Shown here: one piece after another, positions 51,801 through 61,549 of the stretch
How the letters are laid out: the number at the start of each line of letters is the position of its first letter
How positions within the stretch are numbered: position 1 is the stretch's first letter
Origin: Eledone cirrhosa
Lineage: Eukaryota
DNA: 64,000 bases
Direction of reading: 5' to 3'
Assembly (NCBI GenBank): GCA_964016885.1
Contig: OZ024741.1
Location: forward strand, 270,320,001-270,384,000
The notes under the pieces: model-generated
Seen by the model: only the letters and a program-made list of their open reading frames with translations
Databases searched by the model: none
What the model was told of the DNA's origin: nothing
Position numbers and translations under genes: made by a program

Positions 51801-54800
51801 AGACAGGCTGCCCATGGGAACTCCTATACGCAGATGACCTGACACTCATAGCGGAATCAATGGCCGAGCTAGAGAAGAAATTCCAAACATGGAAGCACGG
51901 CCTAGAGTCAAAAGGACTTAAAATTAACCTGGCTAAGACCAAAGTACTAGTTTGTAGGAAAGAAAACAAGGCGGCGGTCCCTTCTGGGAAATGGTCGTGC
52001 TCGGTGTGTAGGAAAGGCGTAGGTAGAAACTCTATTTTATGTCCTAAATGCAAAGTATGGGTGCATAAAAGATGTAGTGGGATCACAGGTAAGCTAACTA
52101 AGAACATAGATTTTACATGTGGCCGGTGCTCTGGTGCAATAAGTAGCAGCAAGTGCCCACAAACTACTAGCTCTTTCAATTGCGCAGAGGGTTCTATAGA
52201 AATAGTGGACAGCTTCCGTTACCTGGGCGATAAAATCAGCAGTGGGGGAGGGTGCTCTGAAAGTACTGTAGCTAGAGTCAGAACTGGTTGGAAAAAGTTC
52301 AGAGAGCTTATACCACTATTAGCTGCTAAAGGGTTCTCACTAAAAATGAAAGGCAGGTTGTACGATGCCTGCATACGAACAGCAATGCTGCATGGCAGTG
52401 AGACCTGGGCATTGTGTGCAGAGGATATACGCAGACTAGAGAGGAACGAAGCTTGCATGCTCCGCTGGATGTGTAACAGTAATATACGTGAACGGCAAAG
52501 CATAAACGAACTAAGGAAAAAATTAGAGATAAGAGGGATCAGATGTTGTTTACTCGAGAGAAGGCTACGTTGGTATGGACACGTGATGCGCATGAAAGTC
52601 GATAGCTGTATAACAAAGTGCAGGGCAATAAAGATAGACGGTAGTCACGGAATAGGCAGACCTAGAAAAACCTGGGACGAGCTGATAAACTCCGACATCA
52701 CACACTTACACCTCTCCAAGACAATGTCACTGGACCGAGACCTTTGGCGGTACTCAGTAACAGAGAAGACCCGCCTTACCTAAATATATAGTAAAACCTA
52801 CTCCAGCCAGTAGGCATCTCTAACAAAATACACCCCGTCCCACCACCACCACCCCCACCCGATCCACACCACCCCGTTCTATGTAAAGTTATGTTGGTGC
52901 CGCGCCATCGAGGCCGAAACAAATGAGATCGTGTAGGTGTCACGACAAAAAAACACACAGTCCACGCTGTAATGTGGCCGTGTAGGCAACACGGTAAAAA
53001 CCTCCCAGACCCACACTGTAAATGTGGTTGGTGTTAGGAAGGGCATCCAACTGTGGAAAACCTGCCAGACAGTCCTATGTGAGCAAGACAATCACTCTTG
53101 CCTCAAGTGGGACTACCCCCGTCCAAACCCATGCAAGCGTGGAACACGGACGTTAAACGTTGATGATGATGATGATGATGATGATATATATATATAATAT
53201 ATATATATATATATACACAACAAGGCTCCTAACATTTTTATAGTATATGCTTTCATACACACTCCTTTTATGCTTTAACATCATTTTAGTGCTACTGCCA
53301 ATAATAATCATCATCATCATCATCATCGTTTAATGTCCATCTTCCATGCTAGCATGGGTTAGACGGGAATTGTCCCACTTGAGGCAAGATTGGTCGGGTG
53401 ACCGTGTCTCGCTTGTATAGGACTATCTGACAGGTTTTCTACGGCTGGATGCCCTTCCTAACACCAACCACATTTACAGTGTGGACTGGGATATTTTTAC
53501 CGTGTTACCTACATGGCCACATTACAGCGTGGACTGTTTTTTTTTGTTGTGACCTACACGACCTCATTAGTTTGGACTGGATGTTGTGGTACCAACATAA
53601 CTTTACAGAGAATGGGTGGTATATATATATATATACATTTCTATGGTGTAAAGTGATATTTAGTAGGAACCTTCTGTATGACATTTATGTGAAGTGAAGC
53701 ATGCAGGTTCTATTGTCTAGAAATGAAACTAAATACCAGTAATTTATAGGAGGTTATTATCACAAAACTCACATCGACGAGTGATGGCCATAGCAATTTA
53801 TTTGTGCCCTTAGCTCGGCCTTTTAGTTTTATGATGGTTAGAATCTTTGAATTTAATACCTGTATGTATAACTTTTCAAATCCAATTACTTGCGCCAAGC
53901 TAATTTGGATATGAAAAATTGGAGGGCAGGGTTGTGTGTATTCTAATATTTTGTGTATGAGGGGCTTCTCAAACCTGGAGTGCCCCGGGCCTCCAAAGGT
54001 CTAAATCCAACCCTGTGTGTGTGTTATAGTTGATAAAGGGGGGAAAGGTCCATACCAATCAAAGGTTATAGGTAAAAAGTAAAAGTGAAAAATCACAGAG
54101 GTATATTAAGAGATTATTTTTTGCTTTAATCCAACAATGAATAAATGAATAATTCTATAATTGTTGTATTACCAGTTTCTATTAGTTTGGAGAAGAAAGA
54201 TCTGGAAGTTGAAAGATCCCTCAGCCAGTAACAGATTTAAAGATATCTTACTCAACGCCTATACAGTAAAGAAGGACAGATATAAAGGCATTCAATATAG
54301 AAGAGCACTGAGAGTTTCTAAAAAATAACTTAATAAAGACAACAGACGAGATCTGTGGGTGGAGCAAGACCACAGAGAGAAGGAGAGTGACTTGGTGGTG
54401 GAACAATAAGGTAGATGAGGCAGTTAGTGAGGCAGTTACAGGAAAAGTACCTAACTAAAAGTAAGCCGCTCTACCTGGCATTTGTCGATCTGGAAAAAGC
54501 TTTCGACAGGGTGCCCCGTTCTATAATCTGGTGGGCTCTTAGATAACTAGGAGTAGATGAATGGCTTGTGAAGGCTGTACAAGCCATGTATAGGGCAGCA
54601 GTCAGCAAAGTTAGGGTTAACAATGACTATAGCAAGGAATTTAGCATACAGGTCGGTGTCCACCAGGGCTCTGTTCTTAGCCCGCTCCTGTTTATTATTG
54701 TATTGCAGGCTATAACAGAGGAGTTTAGACCAGATGCCCATAGGAACTTATGTATGCGGATGATCTTACACTTATAGCTGAATCTATGGTGGAACTAGAG

Positions 54801-57026
54801 AAGAAATTCCAAACATGGAAGCAGGGACTAGAAAGAAGTCAACCTGACAAAGACTAAGGTCCTCATAAGTAGACGAGAAAACAGAACCCAGATCCCCATC
54901 AGGGAAATGGCCTTTCTCAGTATGTAGGAAAGGTGTAGGTAGGAATTACATGCTCTGCCCCAAATGCAAACTATGGGTACACAAGAGATGTAGTGGAGTC
55001 TCAGGAAGTCTAGTTAAGAATGTAGGCTTTACATGCAGCAGCTGCACTGGGACAGCAAACAGCAAACGACCACAGGAAACAAACACTACCAAACTCTAGA
55101 AGGGCTCTGTAAAAACAGTAGACAGCTTCTGCTACTTAGGTGACCAAATTAGCAGCGGAGGGGGTGTTCTGAAAGTACAGTACCCAGAGTAAGAATGAGA
55201 TGGAAGAAGTTGAGGGAGCTACTGCCACTGCTAGCTGCAAAAGGCTTCTCCCTCAAAATGAAAGGCAGACTGTATGATGCGTGCATACGAACAGCAATGT
55301 TACATGGTAGTGAGACCTGGGCGATGTGTGTAGAAGACTTGCGTAGATTAGAAAGAAATGAAGCTTGCATGCTCCGATGGATGTGTAATAGTAATATACA
55401 CAAACGGCAAAGCATAAACGAATTGAGAGAGAGACTAAGCATAAGAGGAATCAAATGCTGTGTGCAGGAGAGGAGGTTGCATTGGTATGGACATGTGATG
55501 CGTATGAAGGATGACAGCTGCATAAAAAGGTGCAGAGCACTAAAAGTCGATGGAAGCTTTGGAGTGGGGAGACCCAAAGGTGATCACACAGGACCGAGAC
55601 CTCTGGCGTTACGCAGTAATACAGAAGACCCAAGTTCCCACAGGTACAAGCCAAAGCTGAAGCATATAGAGAGTATGCCCGCATCCCCTCCCACTGCAAA
55701 GTGGGAGGGGAGGTGTCATGACAAAATCACCCAGCCCACACTGTAAAGTGGTCATGTAGGCACCACGGAAAAAAAGCACCCAGCACTCACTGTAAATGAG
55801 GTTGATGTTAGGAAGGGCATCCAGCTGTAGAAATCAAGCCAGAATCAGTTCTCGTATGAGCAAGACATGGTCAGCTGACCTGGCATTGCCCACAACAGGA
55901 AAACCTGTCTAAAATGGTGATGATGATGATATCAATCTTATCAAATATTACAAAATATATATTACTAGTGGGGCCCATGGAAATTCCACTGACAAATAAA
56001 TTAAGAGGAGCTATTTAAGAGCCGTTTGTATAGCTGTATATTATCTCTTCTCTCCTGTTGTCTTAGTCTACCTTGCTCTAAAACAATATGATTCTGTTCT
56101 TCATTCATTTCCTCACGTCTCTCTCTACACACACACAACTCATTATAATTGTGTGTGTGTGTATGTATATATGCATATGTATACATTTATATGTATGAGT
56201 ATATAGATATAAATGCACAAACACACATACACATGCAAAACACTCACATACACACACACACAAGTGTAGCTAATCTTGGAATGCTCATCGCTATAGCATT
56301 TCACCAGCCCCTTCCTTCTTCAATCATTACATAGATGTGTGAATGTAATAACTATTTAGTATAATGTGTCTATTTATGAATATGTATGAGTACATGTGTG
56401 TGTGTGTACACTTCTGTTGTCTGTGTATCTGTTTATGTATTTATGTGTAGACTAGCTGGCCCTGTGCCATAAAAAATGACGGTTAATTGTAATATCTATA
56501 CATAATATAAAAAAGAGATGTTTGTTGGTTGGTTGGTTGGCTGGTTTATTTGCGCTCACTCACACAAGTGATACAAACACACCCCTTCCTTCTCAGTCAT
56601 CTCTAGTGTGTTACAGACAAATACACAAGTCTATTATATTAGTAGACGTGGTGGATTGGCAGCATCGGTAGAGGGTCTGACGCCATGCTTTGCAGCATAG
56701 AGTTACGGCCCTTTATGATCTGAGTTCAAATCCCGCCGAGGTTAACTTTGCCTTTCATCCTTACAAGGCCGATAAAATAAAGTACCAGTAATACACTGGG
56801 ATAATTGCTGGCCTTGTGTCAAAAGTAGAAACAATTATATTAGTAGATGTGTATGTATGTAACTAAAACGTAACTTATAAACAAACGGACAAAACGCACC
56901 AAGAATTATAATAAGATTTTTTTGTTTTCTTTGCAGGAACATGCCTTTGAAACGAGCCAAAAATACAAGGAAGGCAAGTTCATTATTGAGTTGGCCCACA
57001 TGATCAAGGACAATGGCTGGGAATGA
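31885..57026 (+). CDS. YPEL: Protein yippee-like (YPEL1/2-type), 4 coding exons: 31885-31989, 40286-40329, 45063-45171, 56937-57026; 115 aa
   Basis: Spliced translation [35 protein letters not shown]|[15 protein letters not shown]|[36 protein letters not shown]|[29 protein letters not shown] is recognisably the Yippee zinc-binding family (two CxxC). All three introns are GT..AG with polypyrimidine tracts and compatible phases (0,2,0). Confidence 0.97.
32262..32640. repeat. Degenerate minisatellite
   Basis: Recurring ctactttgtcttccactgcctactctgtcatctgt / ctactcctgtcca units. Confidence 0.85.
34187..34725 (+). mobile_element. 5'-truncated RTE LINE 3' end
   Basis: [18 protein letters not shown], 3' UTR and (GAT)n tail. 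Confidence 0.93.
35035..35077 (-). ncRNA. Minimal type I hammerhead, U.U at base of stem II
   Basis: ACGGUG-CUGACGA-U-AGCU(AAUA)AGCU-U-GAA-ACUAGU-A/CAUCGU. Confidence 0.75.
35429..35479 (-). ncRNA. Type I hammerhead, U.U at base of stem II, within fold-back element 35344-35642
   Basis: GGCUUC-CUGAUGA-U-UUC(UUCU)GAA-U-GAA-ACAG(UUCUAGUC)CUGU-A/GAAGCC. Related partial copies at about 10691-10840, 19044-19092, 35591-35640 and 36390-36436. Confidence 0.72.
38208..39164. repeat. Inverted repeat, 213-bp arms (38208-38420 / 38952-39164)
   Basis: Arms read as essentially perfect reverse complements; the spacer holds a small hAT-like MITE at 38826-38913. Confidence 0.92.
40286..40329 (+). CDS. YPEL: YPEL coding exon 2 (44 nt)
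   Basis: tttcttttacAG | [16 protein letters not shown] | GTaagt. Confidence 0.96.
41349..41777 (-). mobile_element. Two tandem tRNA-derived SINEs (Deu/Nin-domain type) with a triplicated 18-bp target
   Basis: tataacaatagcaataat at 41349, 41554 and 41760 brackets two ~185-bp SINEs (B-box GAGTTCAAATCC; core gcctttcatccttacggggtcgataaaataaagtaccag). Confidence 0.9.
42324..43725. repeat. Inverted repeat with ~550-bp arms (42324-~42875 / ~43151-43725), Penelope-like, a hammerhead in each arm
   Basis: Arms are near-perfect reverse complements including their microsatellites; (TA)n flanks. Confidence 0.92.
43616..43681 (+). ncRNA. Type I hammerhead (mirror copy on minus strand at 42368-42433)
   Basis: UAUUUCGU-CUGAUGA-AGG..CAUAUU(GUU)AAUAUG..CCC-GAA-AUAUAUAU-A/AUGAAAUA: 8-bp stem I, palindromic stem III. 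Confidence 0.7.
44503..44936 (+). mobile_element. Second RTE-clade LINE family, 3' fragment; related pieces at about 39975-40060 (+) and 62666-62860 (-)
   Basis: [29 protein letters not shown], ending in gaagaaga. Confidence 0.85.
45063..45171 (+). CDS. YPEL: YPEL coding exon 3 (109 nt)
   Basis: ttgttttcAG | [37 protein letters not shown] | GTaagt. Confidence 0.96.
45547..45582 (+). ncRNA. Minimal type I hammerhead, second copy (repeat 45454-45671, YPEL intron)
   Basis: Ribozyme sequence identical to 25549-25584. Confidence 0.78.
45766..46125 (-). mobile_element. Short non-autonomous Helitron
   Basis: Minus strand begins TCtatatatataaagttgcag..(gttt)n and ends gggtaattcggCTAG-t. Confidence 0.7.
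46539..47162 (+). mobile_element. 5'-truncated RTE LINE 3' end
   Basis: [12 protein letters not shown].., 3' UTR and (GAT)n tail. Confidence 0.93.
47637..49335 (+). mobile_element. Internally deleted Helitron retaining the PIF1 helicase C-terminus (about 48790-49024) and a ~54-bp internal tandem repeat
   Basis: [42 protein letters not shown] are RepHel helicase motifs V-VI; 5' TC; 3' hairpin plus CTAG. Confidence 0.92.
49371..49957 (+). pseudogene. Penelope-like element GIY-YIG endonuclease (probably Naiad-type), one frameshift at about 49600
   Basis: CNC..CPLNGE linker, NIIY..YIGVT..FKER..H..SF, IWDLK, IKWS, CRLC.AE; directly follows (TA)n. Confidence 0.88.
50402..53185 (+). mobile_element. 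Young 5'-truncated RTE LINE: uninterrupted 793-aa frame (end of APE, RT, PHD insert, C-terminus), 3' UTR and (GAT)n tail, in the last YPEL intron
   Basis: SQHRL (APE end), [35 protein letters not shown]; no stops over 2382 nt. Confidence 0.97.
53308..53620 (-). mobile_element. RTE 3' UTR fragment, tail-to-tail with the preceding copy
   Basis: (CAT)n followed by the reverse complement of the RTE terminal motif. Confidence 0.85.
54175..55930 (+). mobile_element. Older degenerate RTE LINE with internal deletions
   Basis: ORFs 54568..54777 and 55195..55746 are homologous to the 793-aa ORF; 3' UTR and (GAT)n. Confidence 0.92.
56647..56833 (+). mobile_element. Full-length tRNA-derived SINE with 14-bp TSD, about 100 bp upstream of the last YPEL exon
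   Basis: attatattagtaga at 56633-56646 and 56834-56847. Same family at about 19270, 20745, 22800, 23850, 27130, 37480, 40815, 41980, 57625, 57860, 59140 and 59410. Confidence 0.92.
56937..57026 (+). CDS. YPEL: YPEL last coding exon
   Basis: ttttctttgcAG | [32 protein letters not shown]. Confidence 0.96.
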   Translation, partial: EHAFETSQKYKEGKFIIELAHMIKDNGWE

Positions 57027-58379
57027 AACTAAATATTTTTGATGCCACAGCAGAGGACGGTTGCATGGCTCCTTCCTCTGCTGAACCACTTGAAGCAAGA
57101 ACATTTTGAAGGAGAGGAAAGAAAGAAAAGAAGGGATGAAGGAAAGGGAGGGATCATACCAGCACCCCAAATCAAAAAAAAAAAATTTAAACATAAATAA
57201 AAAAGAGAGATTGATAGAAAGAAAGAAAGAAAAAGAAAGCCAAAAAACCCACTCACTAACTTTGTTTCCTATTTATTTTTTTGTTTTAAATTCTTTCTCT
57301 TTGTCTTTCTTTATCTGCCATTTGTGGTAGTTTTTGTTTTTATCTCTCTCTCCCTCTCTCTTTTCATCTCTTCTCTATTTCTCTTTAGCTCTCTTTTCTT
57401 TCTGTCTCTGTCTATCTGTCTTTCATACACACACTCACATACTCACACATGTATATTAGGAACATGCATGATTGCCCATACATCTCATTACATTTTATTT
57501 CAACAAACAATCCATTTTTTCTTCATTTTTTTTCTCTTTATAATTTTTTTTTACAAACCTGTATCTAATTTTGCACTGTCCCCTAAACTGCAGCTTAATT
57601 GCTTGAATATTTTTATTATTATTAAGGGTGGTGGATTGATAGTATCGGTAGAGTGTCAGACACCATGCTTCGTGGCATAGAGTTACGACCCTTTACGTTC
57701 TGGTTTCAAATCTTGCCGAGGTTAGCTTTGCCTTTCATCCTTATGGGGTCGATAAAATAAAGTACCAGTAATGCACTGGGGTCGATTTAATTGACTTTCC
57801 CCTCCCCTTCAAATTGCTGGCCTTGTTCCTAAAGTAGAAACAATTATTATTATTTGTAGTGTCGGACACCATACATTGCAACATAGAGTTATGACCCTTT
57901 ATGTTCTGATTTCAAATCCCGCCGAGGTTAGCTTTACTTTTCATCCTTATGAGGTCGATAACTAAAGTCGGTTAAATCGACCCCAGTGCATTACTGAATG
58001 CACTGGGGTCGATTTAACCGACTTTCCACTCCCCCAAAATTGTTGGCCTTGTGCCTAAATCAGAAACAATTATTATTATTATTACTATTTATTCTATTAT
58101 TATTATTCATATCACTTTTCATTGTTTTTATTATCCTTCCGAGGGTCGATGAAACTAGTACCAGTAAACTACTGGGGTTAATCTAAGCTACAGCCCCCTC
58201 CACCACTGATTTACTTCTGTCACTACTATTACTACTACTACTTGTAATTGTCATCTGATCATGCCTTATTTTTTTATCAGGTTGCATATCCATCTAGTCC
58301 CCTGTTTCACCTTACTTCGTACCTCACCACACATCTCATCGCACCTCATACCACATTCATGCAGGTGTTTTCATGTCAC

Positions 58380-58422
<43 letters not shown>

Positions 58423-58694
58423 GTATATATATATCCTCATTCTCATTGCTACATTAAGCTATCAAATCTTTTCTTTCTCTCTTACTCCCTACCCCCACTC
58501 CTCGGGGACATCTTCTACAGCCACCGCCACCACCACCACCACTATCATCAGCAAATATCACCTCAACTACAACAAAAACTACAATAACAACACAACACAA
58601 CAACACAACAATTATCTAATGATCTCATTTTAACTATGCTGTCTGGGTTGTTTCTTAATTTGTTTAATTACTTATCTCCTTAATTCTTCTTTTT

Positions 58695-59095
58695 ATTTGT
58701 GGGGTAATTAATGAGCTTTCTCGTTAGTACTTAATATTGTGGGGTAATTAACGGGCTTCTCGTTAGTTCTTAATATTGTGGGGTAAATAATGAGCCTTCT
58801 CGTTAGTACTTAATATTGTGGGGTAATAATGAGCCTTCTCGTTAGTACTTAATATTGTGGGGTAATTAATGAGCCTTCTCGTTAGTATTTAGTATTATGG
58901 GGTAATTAATGAGTCTTCTCGTTAGTACTTAATATTGTGGGGTAATTAACGGGCCTTCTTGTTAGTACTTGATATTGTGGGGTAATTAATGGGCCATCTT
59001 GTTAGTACTTAATGAGCCATCTCGTTAGTTTCTAATATTATGGGATAATTAACAGGCCTTCTTATTAGTACTTAACAGGCCATCTCGTTAGTATT
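58695..59095. repeat. 40-bp minisatellite, about 10 copies, in the putative 3' UTR
   Basis: Unit ttgtggggtaattaatgagccttctcgttagtacttaata. Confidence 0.93.
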
Positions 59096-59892
59096 TTTCT
59101 TTTAAACTCCCATCATATTCAGTTCTCATTGTTTCTTATTAAGGTGGTGGTTTGGCAGAATCTTTAAGAGTTTTGGATAAAATACTACCTTGTGGTATTT
59201 GTTCTGGATCCTTACATTCTGAGTTCAAATCCTGCTGAGGTCAACTTTGCCTTTCATCCCTCTGGGTGAGGGGTTGATGAAATAAAGTACCAGTTATATA
59301 CTGGGGTTGATTTAATTAATTACCTGTTACCTCTCCCACCTCAAATTTTTTACCCCTTTCATTGTTAATAATATTATCATCATCATCATCACCGTCATCA
59401 TCATAAAGGGTGTTAGATTTGCAGAATTAGTTGAGCATGGATTAAATGCCTTGTGGCATAGAGTTACGTCCCTATACGTTCTGAGTTCAAATCCCGCCGA
59501 GGTTTGCTTTGCCTTACGGGGTCGATAAAATAAAGCACCAGTAATGTACTGGGGTCAATTTAATCGACTTTCCCTTTCCCCACATTACTGGCCTTGTGTC
59601 TATAGTAGAAACCATTATTATTATTATTATTAAGTAAAGCACCAGTAATGCACTGGGTAATTGCTGGCCTTGTGCCAAAAGTAGAAACATTATTATTATT
59701 ATTATTATTGTTTTATTATCATTATTATTACTACAATGAACTTAGCCAACTATATATTGTGATTGGTGGTAATTATATCCTCACAACAATAACACCACAT
59801 ATGCCCCTCCACACATGCCCTTCCACGCTCCTCACACACACCCTCACAAAACTGGAGATCCTTGAAACTATAGATAAAAACAACAACAGTAA

Positions 59893-59926
<34 letters not shown>

Positions 59927-60742
59927 GTGTATAAAAACGACAACAAAATACAATTTGATAAAAATAAACAATCTCACATTTTATTTTTGTTTTCTGGCCA
60001 TTAATTTTTAAGACAGAAAAACAACAAATTATTTAAAAGTAAAAGAAACACTTTTTTTTTTTTTCTCTTTTTTAATAAAAATTTAAAATAATCTTTTATC
60101 GAAAATAAAAGCATCCTTTTTTTTTTTTTTTTTTTTTTTTTGTAAAGAAAAAAATATATATATGAAAAAAAACTGCAGTAATAAAAGGTTTTTTTTTCTA
60201 GTGTTTATAATGGGTTTTTGTAATTTAATTGCTAAATTTTAACTTATTTCTTGTTCCTGGTTTTATTTTGTTTTGTTTATATATATATATATACATACAT
60301 ATATATACTGTCTGTTTTGTTATATATATATATATATATTGTGTTTGTTTTGTTTTTGTTTTTCTCTGTTATTTTTATGTATTAAGTTTGTTTCCTCTGG
60401 ATTTATATATCGTGCATTGCTTTATAAGCATTGCTAACTTGCCAAAAGTTCACTCTCTCTCTCTCTCTCTCTCTCTGTTCCTCTCTCCCTTTCAATCAAT
60501 CAGTTTACAGTGATAAAGGTTCTTGCTACCATTGATCTACATTGATCTGCCTACCAAGTGGCATTTACACATTTCTAAGAACTCTGTCAGTATCTGTGCT
60601 TAGGGTAGTAAAAAAAAAAAAAAAAAACTTGTTTTAAAACAACAAAAAAAAAGACTTTCAGTGTTACCCTTTGCTGTTTCTGGTATATCAGCTCTCCACC
60701 ATCTCTAGTTGATGCTGTCATGCCAGTTGCAGTAGAAATTGC

Positions 60743-61150
60743 TTGGCCAACTTTAAGCTGATTGTTGTCCACTCAGCGCTCAGTTTAAATTACATTTTTG
60801 AAAAATAGTTTGGTCAACTTTAAACCTATCGTTGACCACTCAGTTTAAATTACATTTTTGAAAGATAGTTTGGTCAACTTTAAGCCGATTGCTGTCCACT
60901 CAGCTCAGCGCTCAGTTTAAATTACATTTTTGAAAGACAGAATGGTCAACTTAAGCCAATTGTTGTCCACTCAGCTCAGCGCTCAGTTTAAATTACATTT
61001 TTGAAAGACAGAATGGTCAACTTAAGCCGATTGTTGTCCACTCAGCGCTCAGTTTAAATCACATTTTTTAAAAAAGGTTTGGTCACGGTTTAGCCGATTA
61101 TTGTCCACTCAGCGCTCAGATTAAATTACATTTTTGAAAAACAGTTTGGA
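60743..61150. repeat. ~60-65-bp minisatellite, about 6 copies, in the putative 3' UTR
   Basis: Unit ..ggtcaactttaagccgattgttgtccactcagcgctcagtttaaattacatttttgaaa.. Confidence 0.92.
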
Positions 61151-61516
61151 AGCTACTTTTTTTACCAATATTGTTATCTAATCCAGGTCAGTCTTCATTC
61201 AGCCGACCTCTGATCAAAGGTGTTTTCCAGCTGTGACCAGCCCCCTTCATCTTTGTATATCTAGAACTGCTTTGTCCAATGCCTCCTTGCTTTGTTAAGA
61301 TGATAAGGCTGGGATTTGAAGGAATTTGGCCACTATTTCTAGCAGGCTGAGAAACCACCTCACTGAGCTGGATTCATAAAGAAATTTCTTTCTTTCTTTT
61401 TTTTCTGTTGAATTTCATTTTCGCTATTATTTTCTGATAAATAAATAAATTATTCAACTGATTAATTTGTTTTTTAACAAATTAATCAACAATTTTTAAT
61501 GTGATTGTGGTTCACA

Positions 61517-61549
<33 letters not shown>

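Noticed and set aside
56647-56740. tRNA gene
   Set aside because: A/B boxes belong to a multi-copy SINE head; no full cloverleaf.
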